A DNA stretch of 64,000 bases from Podarcis pityusensis. Taxonomy: Eukaryota. Of this stretch, positions 61,579-64,000 are shown piece by piece. The translations under genes were made by a program, and so were the position numbers. Each line of letters opens with the position of its first letter. The first letter of the stretch is position 1. The notes beneath the pieces were generated by a model, which made no database searches, was not told the DNA's origin, and worked only from the letters and a program-made list of their open reading frames with translations. The stretch is taken from NCBI GenBank assembly GCA_964106645.2, contig OZ067041.1; one strand, 5' to 3'.

Positions 61579-62955
61579 CCGTATTTTTCGTTCTATAGGA
61601 CGCACCGGTCCATAGGACGCACCTCGTTTTTTGGGGGGGGAAATGAATAAAAAAAATTATCCCCCCCCCCGCGGCTGCCGCCCCAAGCCTCGCGTGCTTC
61701 GGGCTGCAGGCTACCGCCCCAAGCCTCGCGCGCTGGGCGGGACCTCCCACCGGGCGCGCGAGGCTTGCAGACACTCGCCCGAAGCACGGGGAGCCCTCCG
61801 GAGGGCTCCCCGTGCTTCGGGCGACAGACTGCCGCCCCAAGCCTTGCGCGCTCGGCGGGACCTCCTGCCGGGCGCGCAAGGCTTGCAGACACTCGCCCGA
61901 AGCACGGGGAGCCCTCCGGAGGGCTCCCCGTGCTTCGGGCGACAAGCTGCAGCCCCAAGCCTTGCGCGCTCGGCGGGACCTCCTGCCGGGCGCGCAAGGC
62001 TTGCAGACACTCGCCCGAAGCAAGGGGAGCCCTCCGGAGGGCTCCCCGTGCTTCGGGCGACAAGCTGCAGCCCCAAGCCTTGCGCGCTGGGCGGGACCTC
62101 CTGCCGGGCGCGCAAGGCTTGCAGACACTCGTCCGAAGCACGGGGAGCCCTCCGGAGGGCTCCCCGTGCTTCGGGCGACAAGCTGCAGCCCCAAGCCTTG
62201 CGCGCTGGGCGGGACCTCCTGCCGGGCGCGCAAGGCTTGCAGACACTCGTCCGAAGCACGGGGAGCCCTCCGGAGGGCTCCCCGTGCTTCGGGCGACAAG
62301 CTGCAGCCCCAAGCCTTGCGCGCTCGGCGGGACCTCCTGCCGGGCGCGCAAGGCTTGCAGACACTCGCCCGAAGCACGGGGAGCCCTCCGGAGGGCTCCC
62401 CGTGCTTCGGGCGACAAGCTGCAGCCCCAAGCCTTGCGCGCTGGGCGGGACCTTCTGCCGGGCGCGCAAGGCTTGCAGACACTCGCCTGAAGCACAGGGA
62501 GCCCTCCGGAGGGCTCCCCGTGCTTCGGGCGACAGGCTGCCGCCCCAAGCCTTGCGCGCTGGGCGGGACCTCCTGCCGGGCGCGCAAGGCTTGCAGACAC
62601 TCGCCCGAAGCATGGGGAGCCCTCCGGAGGGCTCCCCGTGCTTCGGGCGACAGGCTGCTGCCCCAAGCCTCGCGAGCTCGGCGGGACCTCCTGCCGGGCG
62701 CGCAAGGCTTGCGGACACTCGCCGGGGCTGCAGGCTGCTGCCTGCAAGCCTTGTGAGCCCGCGGGAACTCCCACCGGGCTTGCAAGGCTTGCGGATAGCT
62801 TCCTGAAGCCTGGAGAGCGAGAGGGGTCGGTGCGCACCGATGCCTCTCGCTCTCCAGGCTTCAGCGAAAGCCTGCATTCGCTCCATAGGACGCACACACA
62901 TTTCCCCTTCATTTTTGGAGGGGAAAAAGTGCGTCCTATGGAGCGAAAAATACGG
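61579..62955. mobile_element. Tc2-like MITE expanded by an internal palindromic minisatellite
   Basis: TIR CCGTATTTTTCG(T/C)TC(T/C)ATAGGACGCAC with TA flanks. Confidence 0.88.
61715..62725. repeat. 118-bp GC-rich tandem repeat, about 8.5 units
   Basis: ACACTCG recurs at 61771, 61889 and onward with period 118; each unit holds a 50-bp palindrome and a 48-bp hairpin. Confidence 0.95.
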
Positions 62956-63591
62956 TATATTGCGCAAAACTGCATAGAAATGTCCCAATTCACACTAAAA
63001 CGATGACGAATCTTCCCAAAGACTTTAAAAAGGAAGAATTTGCAAACTGATGTGGAAACATGAAGAAGTGAATTAGAGATTGGAAAAATGAAATTGCCAA
63101 TCTCTACTCTTAGCCTAACCTACTTTGCCACTGTTTAGGAATTTAAAATTCGAGGTGTTCATCTCCTTTGAGGAAGAATGTAACTGTCCTGCAGCAAATG
63201 GATATGAAGCAAAATGTGGTTTTCAAGATTGGATACGTGTGCAAGCCTGCCTGAACAGATTCTGCCACGCAGCCTCCTTTAGCCAGTTGTTCTTCCAACT
63301 AATAAAAGAAGCATGCCTCAAATAATAATACAACAACATTTAATATTTACAGGCAAGACATGACACAGACAGAAGCCCCGATGAGAAACAAGACTGGTTT
63401 AAATGCGCAAGTCTCTAAAACAAGGTAAATTGTAAGGTTTCAGAATATACATCATTTGTTTGTCCATTCTAGACAACATAAACATCTATCTCTGGCTCTC
63501 TCTTTCTTGGGATTTAATCTCAGGCAGCTAAGAACATAAGAACCTCTACTGTCAAGTGAAGCATCCTGATTATGACTGTGATGTAAAACAC

Positions 63592-63610
63592 TGTGTGTGT
63601 GTGTGTGTGT

Positions 63611-63651
<41 letters not shown>

Positions 63652-63665
63652 AGGAGGAGGAGGAG
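63592..63665. repeat. (GT)n(GA)n(GGA)n compound microsatellite
   Basis: Direct reading. Confidence 0.95.
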
Positions 63666-64000
63666 CAGGGCAAAATTTTTGTTTACATGGTTAGGACACA
63701 AAAACTAGCTCATTTGTAATAATAGCTGTAGAATCTGCATGTGGGACAGAAGATTAAATATTGCTGGGGTACTTTGGCCTCTCTTTGTATTGCACCCAGC
63801 AGTGTAAGGGGCCTTTTATTCATGTTGCTATTCCACGTGGCATGGGAGTATGTCTGAATCGAACAGCATAATTTATTTGCTAAAAGCCAATGGGTGTAAC
63901 CAGGATTTATATGGGGGGGGGGGGGCAGGACACCCAACTGTCCTTTGCTTGCACTCAAAAGGGAGATGGAATAAATGAAACACAAGAACATAAGGATAGG

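Noticed and set aside
61715-62725. CRISPR-like array of palindromic repeats
   Set aside because: The sequences between palindromes are near-identical rather than unique spacers, there are no cas genes, the context is vertebrate, and the array lies within MITE TIRs.
61454-63006. Long ORFs of 241-466 aa in all six frames
   Set aside because: They arise from the stop-free GC-rich 118-bp repeat; peptides repeat across frames and both strands, with no domain or splice evidence.

Overview
Vertebrate genomic DNA, almost certainly a squamate and probably a lacertid lizard (inferred from Sauria SINEs, Bov-B LINEs and the MITE families). The region is syntenic with the human 11q21 block. It contains TAF1D (minus strand, with intronic SNORD5 in its 3' region), a bidirectional CpG promoter shared with C11orf54 (plus, 8 coding exons, 316 aa), MED17 (plus, 12 exons, 648 aa) and VSTM5 (minus, 4 exons, 201 aa). 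It also holds an intact but divergent SLC5A7/CHT1-like sodium:solute symporter paralogue (minus, 8 coding exons, 538 aa) at a position where I know of no human counterpart. Introns and intergenic DNA are full of TEs: Sauria SINEs, Bov-B, L1, L2 and CR1 fragments, three solo LTRs, and Tigger-like, Tc2-like and hAT MITEs, several of them nested. The most notable items are the CHT1-like paralogue with altered ligand-pocket residues, a Tc2-like MITE carrying a 118-bp tandem array made almost entirely of hairpins, a solo LTR whose reading frame is open from its edge, and hAT MITEs carrying ZNF143-like motifs, one at the MED17 promoter. There is no evidence for a prokaryote-type novel system. Exon coordinates were read by hand and homologies recalled from memory, not searched.
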